Part shown: positions 1 through 13,190 of the stretch, one piece after another
How positions within the stretch are numbered: position 1 is the stretch's first letter
Layout of the letters: every line of letters starts with the position of its first letter
NCBI RefSeq assembly: GCF_021869535.1
Contig: NW_026262734.1
Span: forward strand, 25,730,001 to 25,794,000
From: Mytilus californianus
Lineage: Eukaryota
Direction of reading: 5' to 3'
DNA: 64,000 bases
Made by a program: the position numbers and the translations under genes
The notes under the pieces: generated by a model
What the model saw: the letters and a program-made list of their open reading frames with translations, nothing else
What the model was told of the DNA's origin: nothing
Database searches by the model: none

Positions 1-140
1 TTCTTTCATTTTAAAAAAAAGTGCATTTCAATTCAAGAATTAACTATTTGTTAACATCCTCAATCTCAAAAGACTGTCAATAGCTCATTTCATTATTCCG
101 TTTTTATTCATTGTTAGGCTGGTGTTAATGCAACATTTTC

Positions 141-146
141 TTTATT
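141..146 (-). promoter_or_regulatory. candidate polyadenylation signal of TIMP-A
   Basis: AATAAA on the minus strand about 140 nt after the stop codon. Confidence 0.45.
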
Positions 147-287
147 CGTATTCAAACCCGACTGAGTAGAAAAACAAATAACTGGAGTGGCCTGTCATAC
201 CTTTTCAAATTTTATAAAAACATGAAAACAAAGACAAAAATCTTTATAATGAGTAGCTGTTGTAATATGTAATGTGCTTTAATACGA

Positions 288-418
288 TTAACATTGAGCA
301 TAAGTTCCCGTTTCTAGTGCTGTTTGTGTATGACTGCCAACTCCCTGCCAATTTTGAAACCAATTGCAGAGATCTGTATAGTAAAATGTTCCAGTTGTCC
401 GTCCAGTCACTGCTGCTC
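288..418 (-). CDS. TIMP: TIMP-A coding exon 4 (...DLCNW...YAQC*)
   Basis: 131 nt; tttcag| acceptor; TAA at 290-288. Confidence 0.9.
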
Positions 419-3400
419 CTGAAAATTAAACAAAAAACACCTCTATATATTTCTATATAAAAACAAGAAAATGTGGTATGATGCCATTAAGACAACTATC
501 AATCAAAGTCAAAATGAAGTGAATGAAGCGATTAAAGGTAACCGTACAACAATGAGAAAAGAGAAAAGAGAAAAGACATACTGTATAGTTGCCTATAGAA
601 GGCCTCGACATGAAAAAATGTGTAACAAATAAATTGAGAAATTTCACCGCCTAATATATAACTAAACAATTTACGAAAAACACATATGACAGACATGAAC
701 CAACGTAAACCACTGAACTAGAGGCTCCTGATTCGGGGCAGGCACATACAGATTGTGGTGGGGTGAAACATGTCTGAAAGCGCAAACCCTTCATCTAACT
801 TGGTACATTGGTGCAACGGCACAACTTAAGAACAAGCTACAAAACTATTAGCAAAAATCAAACACGAAAAACAACAATATACAACAACCACTCGAGTACA
901 GGCTTCTGACTTTGGACAGGCACATATAGCATGTGGCGGGGTTAAACATGTTGTTGTTTTTGCTTCCGTATGTATCAGCAGTTTTGTATAAAAGTCTTTT
1001 AAAAGTAACTTCGCTTAAACACTGATTTATTTTATATTTAAACGAAAATGCAGAAATGGACATTACTTTGTAAATTTAGCTGGCTGAGATATTGCAATTT
1101 TATAATGAGGTTCAAATGTCGAATTATTGTATGATGATAAAGTCATCATTTTTATCTTCCATATTGACATAGTTTGCCTGTTTTTGTACCAAAAAGTAAA
1201 ATCACAAATATACTGAACTCCGAGGAAAATTCAATCGGACAGTTCCTAATCACATGGCAAAATCAAATGGCAAAACACATCAAACGAATGGACAACAACT
1301 GTCATATTCCTGACTTGGTACAGGCATTTTCAAATAGAAAATGGTGGATTGAACCTGGTTTTATAGCGCTAAACCTCTCATCAAATTTAATAATATTGAT
1401 AATGATGCGTGAACAAAACAAACAGACACAATAGGTAAAAATGTCACAAATAAAGGTAAGAAGTCTAATTCGGTAGGTCACATTCGGGAAAAGGGAACGG
1501 GATTGCAGTTACGACATAAGGAACATATCTGATATCATCCATATAACAGACATTCCATAATGGTCAACCAACTCGTGATGGCGTCCGTAAAATTTACGAA
1601 GTGATGATTTCAGCTTCCCAATACCAACAGTCATAAAAAAAAACTCTTTTTTTTTCTCTGAATGTTAAAAATGCATTAAACAGTGAAACTTTATAAAGAA
1701 GAAATAGAAATACTCACCTGCAATTAAATATTCAGTTCCTGTGTCTAGATGTACTCCACATGAATTATTCGGAGACCGAGAACGAAGTTTTATTGTATTA
1801 TTCACTATCATCTGTATTTATGGAAAAAAGAACAAATTACGAATAATGAAATTAAACAAATATCGTTTTATTACTACCAATCACAAATCGACCTGCTAAC
1901 AAATACCATATTTTATTGATGTATATCTCAAAAATGATTTTGAACCTTCTATCTCAGTTTTAACGAAATGGGTGTAAATCCAATATTTTGGGGTTTTGCT
2001 GTTGTGTGTCTCATTTGCTTTTTATGGTTTTGTTTATGCAAATGCAACTTCCATAGTATGGTGCAGTCCGTTGGATCCGTGCACTTAAGACGTTTGGCTT
2101 TACTTTACTGTGCTTATCCTGAAGGCTTTGGCCTATCACAATACCAATTGATCAAACAGTTTACCAAATTGCAGTTTGAATTCATCTCAACAAACATGAT
2201 CAACTGGTAAAATATTTTAGCAAATTGCATCAGTTGTTAGTATGAAGTGAGTGCAGTGAAGTAAAAGTAATGCTTATCATCCAACTATATTTACTTAATG
2301 TCTGTGCAATGGAAGTGAAATAAAATAATCACCTACTATCATGACTATATTATAAGGCACTGGTCTGAAGTTATTGTGTTATAAACTTCATAGTCTTGTT
2401 ACTCAGTCTTTAGTTTTCTTTGTTGTATTTTGTGTGCTGTTGTTTGTCTTTTGGCCTTGTTGTGTTATTGCCATGACGTTGTCAGTTCATGTTCGACTTG
2501 AATGTCTTTTTGGTATTTTTCACCTTGCTTTCTCTATCATATAATGTGTCGAATCTCTGTGGCATCAGCTTTTAGAAACATTGTCTTCATTTATGGGTCT
2601 CTGACGACCAAGTTTAAATTGCAGAGGTGAATGATTTAATTCGGAATATTCCCATATAAATGTTCATTCCGCTTTGAACTCGCGACCCCACAGACATTTT
2701 CTACTAATTATAAAAAAGAAGATGCGTTATGATTCATAAAACTGTTAAACGACAATTGTTCACTAGAGACCAGGTCACTCTACGCCAATTAAAGATGAGC
2801 AACTCTAACTACTTACTGCATAATTGTATAATACCTTAAAATTATCTTCCACATTCACATCATACTCAATATCACCGCTTGCAAGGGTCCTGTTGTTTTG
2901 GGCAATTCCTCGTATAACTTAATTAGCAAAAAAAAAATGATTTTGTTCTAAAGGTTTCCAGTAGGCAGACACAAAATAAAAGTGTAATAAATTCAAACAA
3001 ACAAGAATCTGACAATGCCAATGATACTCCCCGTAAAACATGTGATATTACTGCTTATTTTTCAATTGTATAATTGTGTAACTTATGGGTGACGTTTCAT
3101 CCCCAGGGTATTACCATTCCAGTAGTTAGTTCCATCTATACTTTGACACACCAAATATCACTGATATGTTCATTTTTTTTTTAATTGAATGTTTTATAAA
3201 TTTTTGAATTATTCTAAGCATCAAGGTTTTTGTAACACCGGGTTTAGGGTGTCCAACTCGTATTTGGCACATTTTTTTTTTCAATTTTGCGTTTTTTAAT
3301 GGTTATTGTATTTGGTTTGGCTTAATCACTGTTTCGATTCGAATGCAGCTGATGAGTATAATGTACATGTATATGCTCAGGGACAATACAATGTCAGATT

Positions 3401-3596
3401 CCTGGGAAAATAGTCACTAATACTTTTTTCAGAGTCACAAGATACATAAATTCATAACATTTAATTCTTTAAACTTACCGAAATCAGCGTTACAGAATGA
3501 ATTTATTTGTGTAAAGTTACTACATCTACATCCATATGCCTCAGAAATGAAGTTCATCAACATCAGACAAAACAAACTCACTATGGTTGTCTTCAT
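288..3596 (-). CDS. TIMP: TIMP-A: secreted single-domain (N-domain-only) TIMP-like protein, 141 aa, 4 coding exons
   Basis: join(3596-3479, 2917-2835, 1811-1718, 418-288), all GT-AG, phases 1/0/1. Protein MKTTIVSLFCLMLMNFISEAYG-CRCSNFTQINSFCNADFVIRGIAQNNRTLASGDIEYDVNVEDNFKMIVNNTIKLRSRSPNNSCGVHLDTGTEYLIAGAAVTGRTTGTFYYTDLCNWFQNWQGVGSHTQTALETGTYAQC*. Signal peptide, mature C-X-C start, FC..DFVIRG, VEY-like, FK, SCG and EYLIAG motifs, six mature Cys as in the TIMP N-domain. Confidence 0.9.
1718..1811 (-). CDS. TIMP: TIMP-A coding exon 3 (...NNSCGVHLDTGTEYLIAG)
   Basis: 94 nt; tacag| acceptor, G|gtgagt donor. Confidence 0.9.
2835..2917 (-). CDS. TIMP: TIMP-A coding exon 2 (VIRG...DNFK)
   Basis: 83 nt, same length as exon 2 of B, C and D; aag| acceptor, AAG|gtatt donor. 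Confidence 0.88.
3479..3596 (-). CDS. TIMP: TIMP-A coding exon 1 (signal peptide + CRC...FCNADF)
   Basis: 118 nt; ATG preceded by acceptor ttcag|gataacc; donor G|gtaag. Confidence 0.9.
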
Positions 3597-6500
3597 GGTT
3601 ATCCTGAAGGAAGACATACAAAATGTTTTCATCCTGCTATTGACCTTTCTACTATACATATACCGAGTAGCAGATAACATGAACCGAAAAACGTACACTA
3701 GACGTTTGTAGTCGCCTGGTATCCTGCTTCTGTTGCGAACGAACGGTTATGTACAAATTACCGTTTGCGTGACAGTCCAATTTTGAGTCCTCATTGCGGT
3801 CCGCGTTGAAGTCATGTCGATCTCATTAGCCAACGAATTTGATGGGAGAAAACTAAACGTTTACGCCTAATGTTAAATTGCCGAATGAAACAATATTCGC
3901 ACATTGAAGGAAATACAAAATTTAAAGGTACTTGCTACGTGATAGCAGAAAAGCTCGGCAAGCCTCACTTTTCTCTCTGTTTCTAACGCTCTTCTAATAA
4001 GTTTAGTATTTTAGCATGTTTAGGTAGAAAGCATCAATACTTCATATATCAGATTTTAAATATCAGTTGTATTTTGGGTAAAACATCTAAATAGCTATTA
4101 AACAGTAAAAATAATAGTTATTGTTCTTTGTAATTTTAGATTATTAACAATAGTTAAAAAATAGTGACATAGTCGTTATACTTATATTTGAATTCAGGAA
4201 TGTATTTTTTTTTTTTGTGTTTTTTAGCAGTTAAAGTCATAATGAATTGAGTTTCCTGTAATTTTAATGTTATCGAAATTATTGAATCAATGCATTCATA
4301 TATACTAAACCAAGTCCTTTATGCACGTTTTTTATATTATTACGAAACATATTATTCACAAATGATATATCATTCAGTGATTGTTAATCGGCAGCTAAGT
4401 AAATTTCGAGTTTCTTACCAATGATTACCGGATCGCGACATTGATACACAGTCAACGCAGTGCATATGGAGCACGTAACAAATAAATAAGTGAATGAACA
4501 GAGCCATGATATTTACATTTTCCATGCGTTACCTTTTGTTAATTTAAGTTTTCTTTAACAGCTGTTAAATGATTTGTTGTATTACATGTGCTCTTTAAGA
4601 ATCAGTTATTACTATTTACCTTCCAGTGTACAAATGTTGACATTCTTTCATCACGGTTTTCCCCTCGCATTTGCGCTGTATGGTGGCCGAAGTTCTAACG
4701 AGACGTCTCGTAGTTAAGGTCACTGCATACGTGAACATATCGGATAATAAGTGTACGGGAAGACAATAATTAAATAGCAGTACAGTTAAGAAAATTTTAA
4801 GAATATAAAGGGTGTTTGTCTAAAAGAAAGTACACTTGTTACAAAGTAAAACTTAGCTATTCAAGTATATAAAACATATTTATTTTTTAAATTTGAAGTT
4901 TCATATGATTTTCCTAAGAAAGTAGTAAAAAAACACATTTGTCAGCTTTGTGCATGGCGTCAATATTTTGTTGGGTGAATTATGGTGAATTATTGACCTT
5001 CTACCATAACTAATTTAATGTGATACAAAAATGTACTAATGATATTTGACTGATGTGAATTGGAATACTGAAAACAATGACTGATTGACTGGAAGAAGAC
5101 AGACGACAGGACAAGTCTAGTTTATATTGAATGAACGGTCACTCTGCAAGTGCTTAAAATACAATACAATACACAATATAATTTAATAGAAATACAATAA
5201 ACACTAAGATGCAATATGAATACAATAATCAACACAATTTTTAACAATGATACATTTAAATTACTGAAAAATGTATCGTGTTAAGCAAAAACCACATTAA
5301 ATATATATGTCCCGTTTCTTTTTCTTGGTGAATTTTGGTTTTTAATTACCATGCCTATCGATTCTGCAGAAAATATTTCTGAACTTTGATCACTCAAAAT
5401 AAAAATTTGTGCTGAGACGAAATATTACTCATATTGCTTTTCAGGTGTTGAACATATAAATGAAATCACAAATAGCCAGCCACAATAGAATATAAATAGC
5501 AGAACTTAAAAAGCAGAAAAAAATGATAGGTCCGTGTCCTTGTTTTTGAGATGTAAGCCGTAGAAAATTTGGCGGGAAATGATTCTCTCTAGATCTTTCA
5601 TAGAGTTAGCATTTGCAACTTTATTCTTTCAAAAACTATGAAAAAATAACAAGGATTTTATAAGATTTAAGAAAATGGCTTTCTAAACTTTATTTAATGA
5701 AATTATGAAAAGAAAAGTAGGGTTTAACGGGCAAAATTATTATTGGCACTACATGGATAAAACTAGAATATCTGAATTTCTGACAAAAAGTCAAAAACAA
5801 GAGTAGCAAACATCCTTACCATTTAAAATACAAACTTTGATTGATAAGACAGAAGAGAAATATACTTTGTTACTTGCAGATTCTTTTGATTATTTGAACC
5901 CTTAATAATGCTTTGAAAATGTAACAATCACGCGCTACATTTAGTATTTAAGAAGCTTAGACAATTAATTGACTCTATTAGATTTAGAGATAATCAGTTT
6001 CTGAATGATTTACGATATTAAATTTCACTGAATGTAATATAAATCAACTTTATACATGTACTTGAAATATTAAATGGGCATCAACTGTCAAATTCCTGTC
6101 CACCGATATGACCCAAATTTTAAAATTGTATTCATAAAATACAATAACGTATATCTTAATTGCAAAAAGTCCAAAAGGAACAATGTATCATCATTTCGTA
6201 CGTATTTTTGAACTCACGCCACCTTATTATCAATCGAGATAGAGATTGCATGTATAAGAATGATATTTTTGTAGGCAGGATCAGTCAAAAAAGTGTTTAT
6301 TCGCAATGGCTCCCTTATTCTACTTTTCAAAGTTGATATGTTTTTCTTTTTAATGAATAAACCACATAATGGACACATGTGCATCATTTGCACTAAATGT
6401 CAAATCAAAAGGTTCCATAAATACGGATTTAAATGAGTTGAATTGTTGACTTGTACGGCAATAAAGGCAACAGTAGTATACCGCTGTTCAATAGTCATAT

Positions 6501-8039
6501 ATCGATTAAGCGAAAACAAATCCGAGTCACAACCAAAACCGAGGGAAACACATCAACTAGAAGAGGAACACAACGGAACAACAGAAACACTGAACTGCAA
6601 CAAAAATAAACGTAAACAATAATATATCATCGATATTTTCTAAGCTTATTTAGACGAAATTGAACCAAATTTATTGCAAATAGCGGAATATAATTTCTAT
6701 ATTCCGCTTAATGAATATTTGAAGAAAAAACATCATGTTTTAATCTGTTGTCTTTCTCGTATTAAACGCCGCTTTAATTAATTATCAAAATGTGTGTACC
6801 TACCTGGAAATAGACAGGCGATAACAATAATGAAGTTTGTTAACTGAAAAATACTTTGCAAGTGACTACAAATGCCACAAAACATACCAAAGTCATGTGA
6901 CTTTATTTCCCGGTGAGGTACGGTACAGGTTTATTACTTGATTTGACAAAGACCGTAATAAGTGAGACACCTTTACAGTCCTCATTTGAGATCACACAAA
7001 TCTGTCGCATGATGTTAATTTTGTATAAGCGTTTATTGAAATGACTGAGGGTTTATCATTGTTACGTAAGAAAAGCTTAAGAACTATGCTCAGCTGTGAC
7101 CATCTATTATTTATCAAAACTTTTATTCTAGAACAGATTTCCGCCTTTGAAAAAACTTAATAGTTATTTACAACACAAAAAGCTTTGCATACAAAAATCT
7201 GTTTTTTTTTTTTTAAATCGAGATATTTATTTCTTTAATCAATTTGTCATTAAATTATTAGATTTATCATTTGCCCATCAATTTATTTGTAAATGGCATG
7301 TTAAACAAACAGGTATGTAAACTGTCATCCTATAACATATATCCTTCCCCCCGAGATTGTGTTTTTATTTCAAAAACAAGATTGCAAACCGTAGATATAC
7401 CATAGACATATAGGATGAAAGCATTGTATCATGATCAGCCATTGTTTAGGCTGATTGATAACTGTTTCTAGAAAAAAATATTTATATGGAGTGCAAGGCG
7501 ATTGATATCTTTAACTGTGGCAGTTCCAAAGATGATTTTTGAAATTAAAAAAAATAACATCTGTAGCTTTGTATCTTTCATTCAATATGTACATTTTCTT
7601 ATTGGAACAAGTTGGTGAATGGTATCAACAGTTTTATTTACATTGGATGATAAATGTGCCCGCACTACAGATAATGGGATATCGCATGTTTGAAAATATA
7701 AAAGTGATGATGAACAATATCACCTAAGATGTGTTGTTCATCTTCTGATTTCCTTAGATTTGGAACATGAAATGTGTTATCAGAATTTTTGTGCAAAAGA
7801 GAGGCGAAAGATATCAAAGCAACATGCAAGCACACATGTTGGAAAAAAACTGGCAATGCCATGGCAATTAACGAAAATAGACCACCAACAACACTACACA
7901 AAACACAACATAGAAAAACAAAGGACTGAGTATCACGAACCCTACCAAAAACCGGGGATGATCTTAAGTGCTCCGAAATGATAAGCAGATCCGGCTCCAC
8001 TAGTGGCACCTTCGTGTTGCTCATGTAAGTAGGAACCCA

Positions 8040-8330
8040 TGATAATTCTAATCCGATAAGTCACATTCGGGACAACAGAACATATTCGTCGTCATATGTA
8101 GAACAAATATTCCATAACGGTCAACCAAATCGTGATGGCTTCCGTAAAATTTTTGAAGGGATGATTTCAACATTACGACTTAGAATTCTTGGTTTAATAG
8201 CTTCCTTGTGAGCAACAACAGACTATTAAGGATATCAAAAATGAAATATGTCTTTTTGGAGAAAACAACTCCATAATATCTGAGCTGCACACTTTGCCTC
8301 GTTGGCTCAAATTGGTGAAAGCAAAACAGC
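8040..8330 (-). mobile_element. short 3' fragment of the same Penelope-like family (another at about 1480-1620)
   Basis: LLLTRKLLNQEF and DNA similarity to 60860-61010. Confidence 0.6.
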
Positions 8331-10251
8331 AATACCCAGATAATTGTGGCATAACTTGAAGCGCCTAAAAAAACCAATTTAGATTTTAGTAGGTAATGAG
8401 TACATGTGTGGTGATAGGGGCAACTAGTTCATTATAGCATTAACAACATGAATTTACGCATCTTTTTGACACCATTGCACATTCTTAATAAAAGAGGAAG
8501 AGATGGAACTATACATGATCTAAGATATGCAGTTACGATGAAAATCACATCATGTTGAAAGTAACATCAGATTTGAGAGATATTGAGTGTGACTGATTAA
8601 AATGATGAATCGTACAGATAAACAATTGAGATTTGTTATGTTATAAACAAATACTTTACACATTTGATATCAACCAATATGACTATTGACTTAAAATATA
8701 ACATATATAAAATTATGATCTTACACTGGTCAAGTTGATGACGACGTATGAGTTCCTGTAAAAGACAATGCCGTTATTTGAATAATAAGTTGAAACAGTA
8801 TTGTATTCACGCGAATTGAATTGGATTGAGCAATAGGCCAATCCTATGTAAGTCCTCCCCATGATAAGTCGAAATGATAATTACCCATGATTTGTTAGGC
8901 GACTAAAAAAATATCTACAACTAGTCGGAATGAGAACGTTCCATAATTTGTAAGGTGACAAGGTAAAAAGACAATGACCTACGACTGGTCGAAATAATAT
9001 TGAGCAATGACAGGTCCTGAGATAGATAAAAATAACCATGACCCAGAACTAATCCATATAAACTAGGGATGTCAACTCGGTGAACAATTACTAGTCGAGT
9101 TCTCGTTGGTTTTATCAAGCGATACTCGATTACTCGTTCGGAAATATATCTTCAACACAGAAACACAAAAATACGTACTCTATATTCAGTGGGTTGTTGT
9201 TCAACGGACGAAAAACCATCTACATAAGTATCTAGGACAAAGAATTACACGACATAATTAATAGCTCATTAACTACAACTATTTATTAAGTAAAAAACAA
9301 TAATCTGATAAATATAGATTAAAGAACATATTTTATAAAATGTTTCAAGGGAAACCAAATCAATCAAGTGTAATGTGTACAAAAGCATAAGGATTAGAAG
9401 TTTAACTATTCACTGAGGGTCACCATAGGATGTAACGAATTTGTTTTATTTGGAAACACTTTCTTGTCGGTTAGGTATACATGGTATATACCTAATGTAT
9501 TCTAACATATATTAGACCAAAGACTGGTCGAAATTACAGTACCTTACATCTGATAGACATGCAAATGACCTATAGCTGATCGATTTATACTGACTAATTA
9601 TTGGCTCGATAATCTTTGACAGAACAATAAGGACTTTAAACTTAACACAAAAGAGTACATCATATATGACATTGATTGGCAGAACAACAACAAAAGGCTG
9701 AAAACTTTGGAAGAACCATGTGGATTTAATCTTGAGAAAGAACATCTCATTTTTGTTGCAACATACTCAATTGAATCGCAATAAAGAAATATAATTCTCA
9801 CACCGTAACAATAGGCAACAAATAAGTCGACAGTTGTTTAACGATGCTCAAATCTCGTAAATCGATGAATATAAAAAAAAATTAAAAAAAAAAACACAAC
9901 GTAAGGTGAAAATATTCAAACAGTGAGTCAAGAACCAACAACACCCTAAAAGTGTTAATGTTTTTATTTACATGGCATAAAAAAAATTCAAATGTCGAAT
10001 CTTGATGTGCGGATATTGTTTACACATTGAAAAAAATAAGGGTTACTGGTTTTTGTTTTAAGCATTGACTTAGAAAAGGTTGACAGATAGTAAAGATGTA
10101 CTTTAGTAAGGACAAATTGAAAATGTAAGTAACAACAATTTATCAAATTATAAAAATATTTTAACAGTTAGATACAACACATTCTATTATATCTTATTAA
10201 ACATGGAAACAAAATTCTATATTATATACTGAAGCAAAACAGTTATCTTAC

Positions 10252-10392
10252 CTTAGGTTATTGAATAAATAGATGTGTCTTTGTCTGAATTATTTAAATG
10301 TTTATATATACACTTGTGAACCGGATTTCGTAATAAATAATTCATATCATTCACTCTTAAAACATCCTTTATATGACAGAGTTGTGTTGTTG
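10252..10392 (-). promoter_or_regulatory. predicted promoter and non-coding first exon of TIMP-A
   Basis: Minus strand: CAACAACACAACTCTGTCATATAAAGG (10392-10366), AAATCCGGTTCA (10328-10317), TATATATAAA (10310-10301), then donor CTAAG|gtaaga at 10251. Same module lies upstream of B, C and D. Confidence 0.65.
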
Positions 10393-12774
10393 CACATCAC
10401 TTGTTTGTCAAAAATCTTTGTTACCTTCTTAAAATGATAAGTTGTGTTGTATATTGATGAAGGTTATTTCCCCTTTATGGTTTTTAAAGAAGTCAAACGC
10501 ATTTATTATATAATTTCTGCATCTATGTCCTTACATAATATTTAAAAAAATAAACACAGGTACATCACTATAAGGATGCATATTGTACAAAGGACCGGTA
10601 GATACATTCTGTTTTGTAATTTCTTATTTCATCTTTTAAGAATAAGAAGATGTGATATGAATGCGAATGAGACAACTCTCTACCACATATCAAATGCCAT
10701 CGAAGTTTACAACTATAAGTCATTGTGTTGTCTTCAACAATAAGCAAAACCCACACCGTAATCAGCTATAAAAGATTCCGAAATAACATATGTAACATTT
10801 CTCAGTTCCAAGTTGGCATTTATAAAGGCGACAATAGCTTACATGGTCGTTTGCTCAAATCTTGCAACTCGATTAGAAAAAGACACATCAAAGTGACAAA
10901 CAACAACTGAGTGAATTGCATGAACCCCAAATATACCGAGACAGGGTGCGTTTACAGGGTAAGCTTTTCCTGCTATCTATGTTACGTCCAAGTTGGTCAT
11001 TGTCTCAGTTTTAAGTTGACTTTTTCATTTACAAGTTGATATTTCTCACATCCAGCTTTACATTTCTGACTTCTAAATGTCAATCAGAAATTTTAACTTG
11101 ACATTAAAAAAAACCGACTTGAATGTAATAAATGTCAATTTGGAACTGAAAAATAACTTATGCTGACAGCGAGAGGAATAATCAAAACAATGAAGGGCCA
11201 TTACCTAATGTTACACTGCACAACTGTTACTTTCCCCTCGAATTCCTTGTTCATAACATAGGAATCTTTGGAAATAAAAAGAAACCGTAAACGCAATTTT
11301 AATTTCTAAATATCTTAGGATTTTTTTTTTTAGGGTTTGTGTCTGATTAAAGCGCTCAAATCCTTTGCTACTGCAAAATGCTATTTTCGCAATTTCAATT
11401 ACTGATTTAATTATATTGACTGTATACAAAACCGTATTATATTAATTTATTAGATTTCCGTATAATATTTTTGTATCCCGAAGGAAAACAGGACTTTTGA
11501 TTTTTAAATCGTCCACTTCAAAACTAAAATTAGACGATATAAGTCCAATAATTTAGCTTATGAATGTTGCATTTTAAACGAAATAACCTTGACAAGGGGC
11601 GATGAGGGCCGTTTTTGGTCCCACCACCATATATGCTTAATATGATGTGTTTCCCTCGGTTTTAGTTTGTTACTCGGATTTGTTTTTTGCTAAATCGAAT
11701 TATGACTATTGAACAGCGGTATACTACTGTTGCCTTTAATATACAGCTTGAATCTATTAATGTTTCAGATTCAACCTGTTCAATAGCGAATGTATACATT
11801 TATACACTGAATAAATGAACAACAATTTAATGCACATTTGTTTGACAAAATTATTGTAATTGTTTCCTAGCAACCAAACTTTTTTCCATAGCAACGATGA
11901 TTTATTTACTATTTTATAAGATTCAACTTATTTAGTTTGCATTGAAACAGAAAATTTAAGATACACCGTTTAAAAAGTACTATAAACGTTAAGGATGAAA
12001 ATCAATGCTCAGTATCATCAACAAACCAAACTACAGACAAACAACTATAATTTATTCAAAAGAGTTTGGTAAGGCAATGCACTTCAAGAGTTCCTCTGTG
12101 GAATTAAATATATCCCATTGCTCTCATGGTGAAATCACTCATCATTACATTTGTTTCTTTAATTAATACACGTACACCATACAATCTTTTAATTATACAT
12201 CGTATTGATGATATTTTCAGATTTTGTTTCTCATGCTGGGTGGAGTCTCTTAAATATTTGTTATGCTTGGTGTGTATACTCGTACTTTTTATACAGTTAT
12301 GGCATACTTTTCAATCTGATGTGAAATTATTCAATTCTTCTCTTTTGACCTATTTGTTTATTAACAGTGGTGTTCAAACGAATATGTAACCGAATTATTT
12401 CATCTATTCATACACTATTTCGACCGAAAAAGTGTTTTTGTAATTTGTTGATATTATTCAGCAACTTTGTTCTTGATTGCCCTGATCGACAGTGCTAGGG
12501 ACCTTGCTATTGTAATAAAATATGGGCTGATGCTTTTTTGTTATTTAATGTTTACTTATTTAGCTTTAATTCTCGTTTCTCTATTTTTATACATACCAGC
12601 TTTGATAAGTGTTTGGTATGACTATAAATTTTCACTTCTGTTCTCGTACTATGAACAACAACATTATTGATTTTGTAAAAAAAACATCTCACCCCTTTTT
12701 TTATTGATTTTGTATTTACATTGTGTCATAGATCTAATGTATTCCTTCAGTGTATGTTCACTTGTTTGTGTTAA

Positions 12775-13190
12775 TATGTCTTTTGATTGAGTTACGCCAT
12801 TTCAATTGATATTTTATAGTGTGTCTTTCTATGTTGTGATGCTACACTATTGTTTCAGGTAAGGGAGAAGGTTGGTACCTATTTAAACGTTTAAACCCGC
12901 TGCGTTTGTTTGCACCTGTCTCAAGTCAGGAACCTGATGTTCAGTGGTTGTCGTTTGTTGATGTGGTTCATAAGTGTTTCTCGCTTTTTTATATAGATTA
13001 GACCGTTGGTTTTCCTGTTTGAATGGTTTTACACTAGTAATTTTTGGGGCCCTGTATAGCTTGCTGTTCGGTGTGAGCCAAGGCTCCGTGTGGAAGACCG
13101 TACTTTGACCTATAATGGTTTACTTTTCCAAATTGTGACTTGGATGGATAGTTGTCTCATTGTCACTCATACCTCATCTTCTTATATCTA
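12775..13190 (-). mobile_element. abundant about 400-bp SINE-like interspersed repeat
   Basis: ...GGAGAGTTGTCTCATTGGCAATCATACCACATCTTC terminus. Related copies or fragments at ~466-840, 10641-10790, 27089-27174, 30255-30490, 30800-30940, 34920-35330, 38030-38215, 39300-39340, 41100-41240, 47990-48045, 48480-48530, 58690-59100. Family class is inferred. Confidence 0.75.

Noticed and set aside
272-460. Paralogous-looking ORFs 272..460(+) and 30943..31131(-)
   Set aside because: They are antisense shadows of TIMP exon 4 in A and C
3597-3698. Upstream ATGs extending ORF 3435..3698
   Set aside because: They lie in intron 1 upstream of the acceptor ttcag|gataaccATG; paralogues start at the MK ATG
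7665-8024. 119-aa hydrophobic ORF
   Set aside because: Lies within a common interspersed repeat adjoining a PLE fragment; no start context or domain
9063-9145. TAGGGATGTCAAC...ACTCGATTACTCG hAT-like end
   Set aside because: No matching second terminus or 8-bp TSD identified
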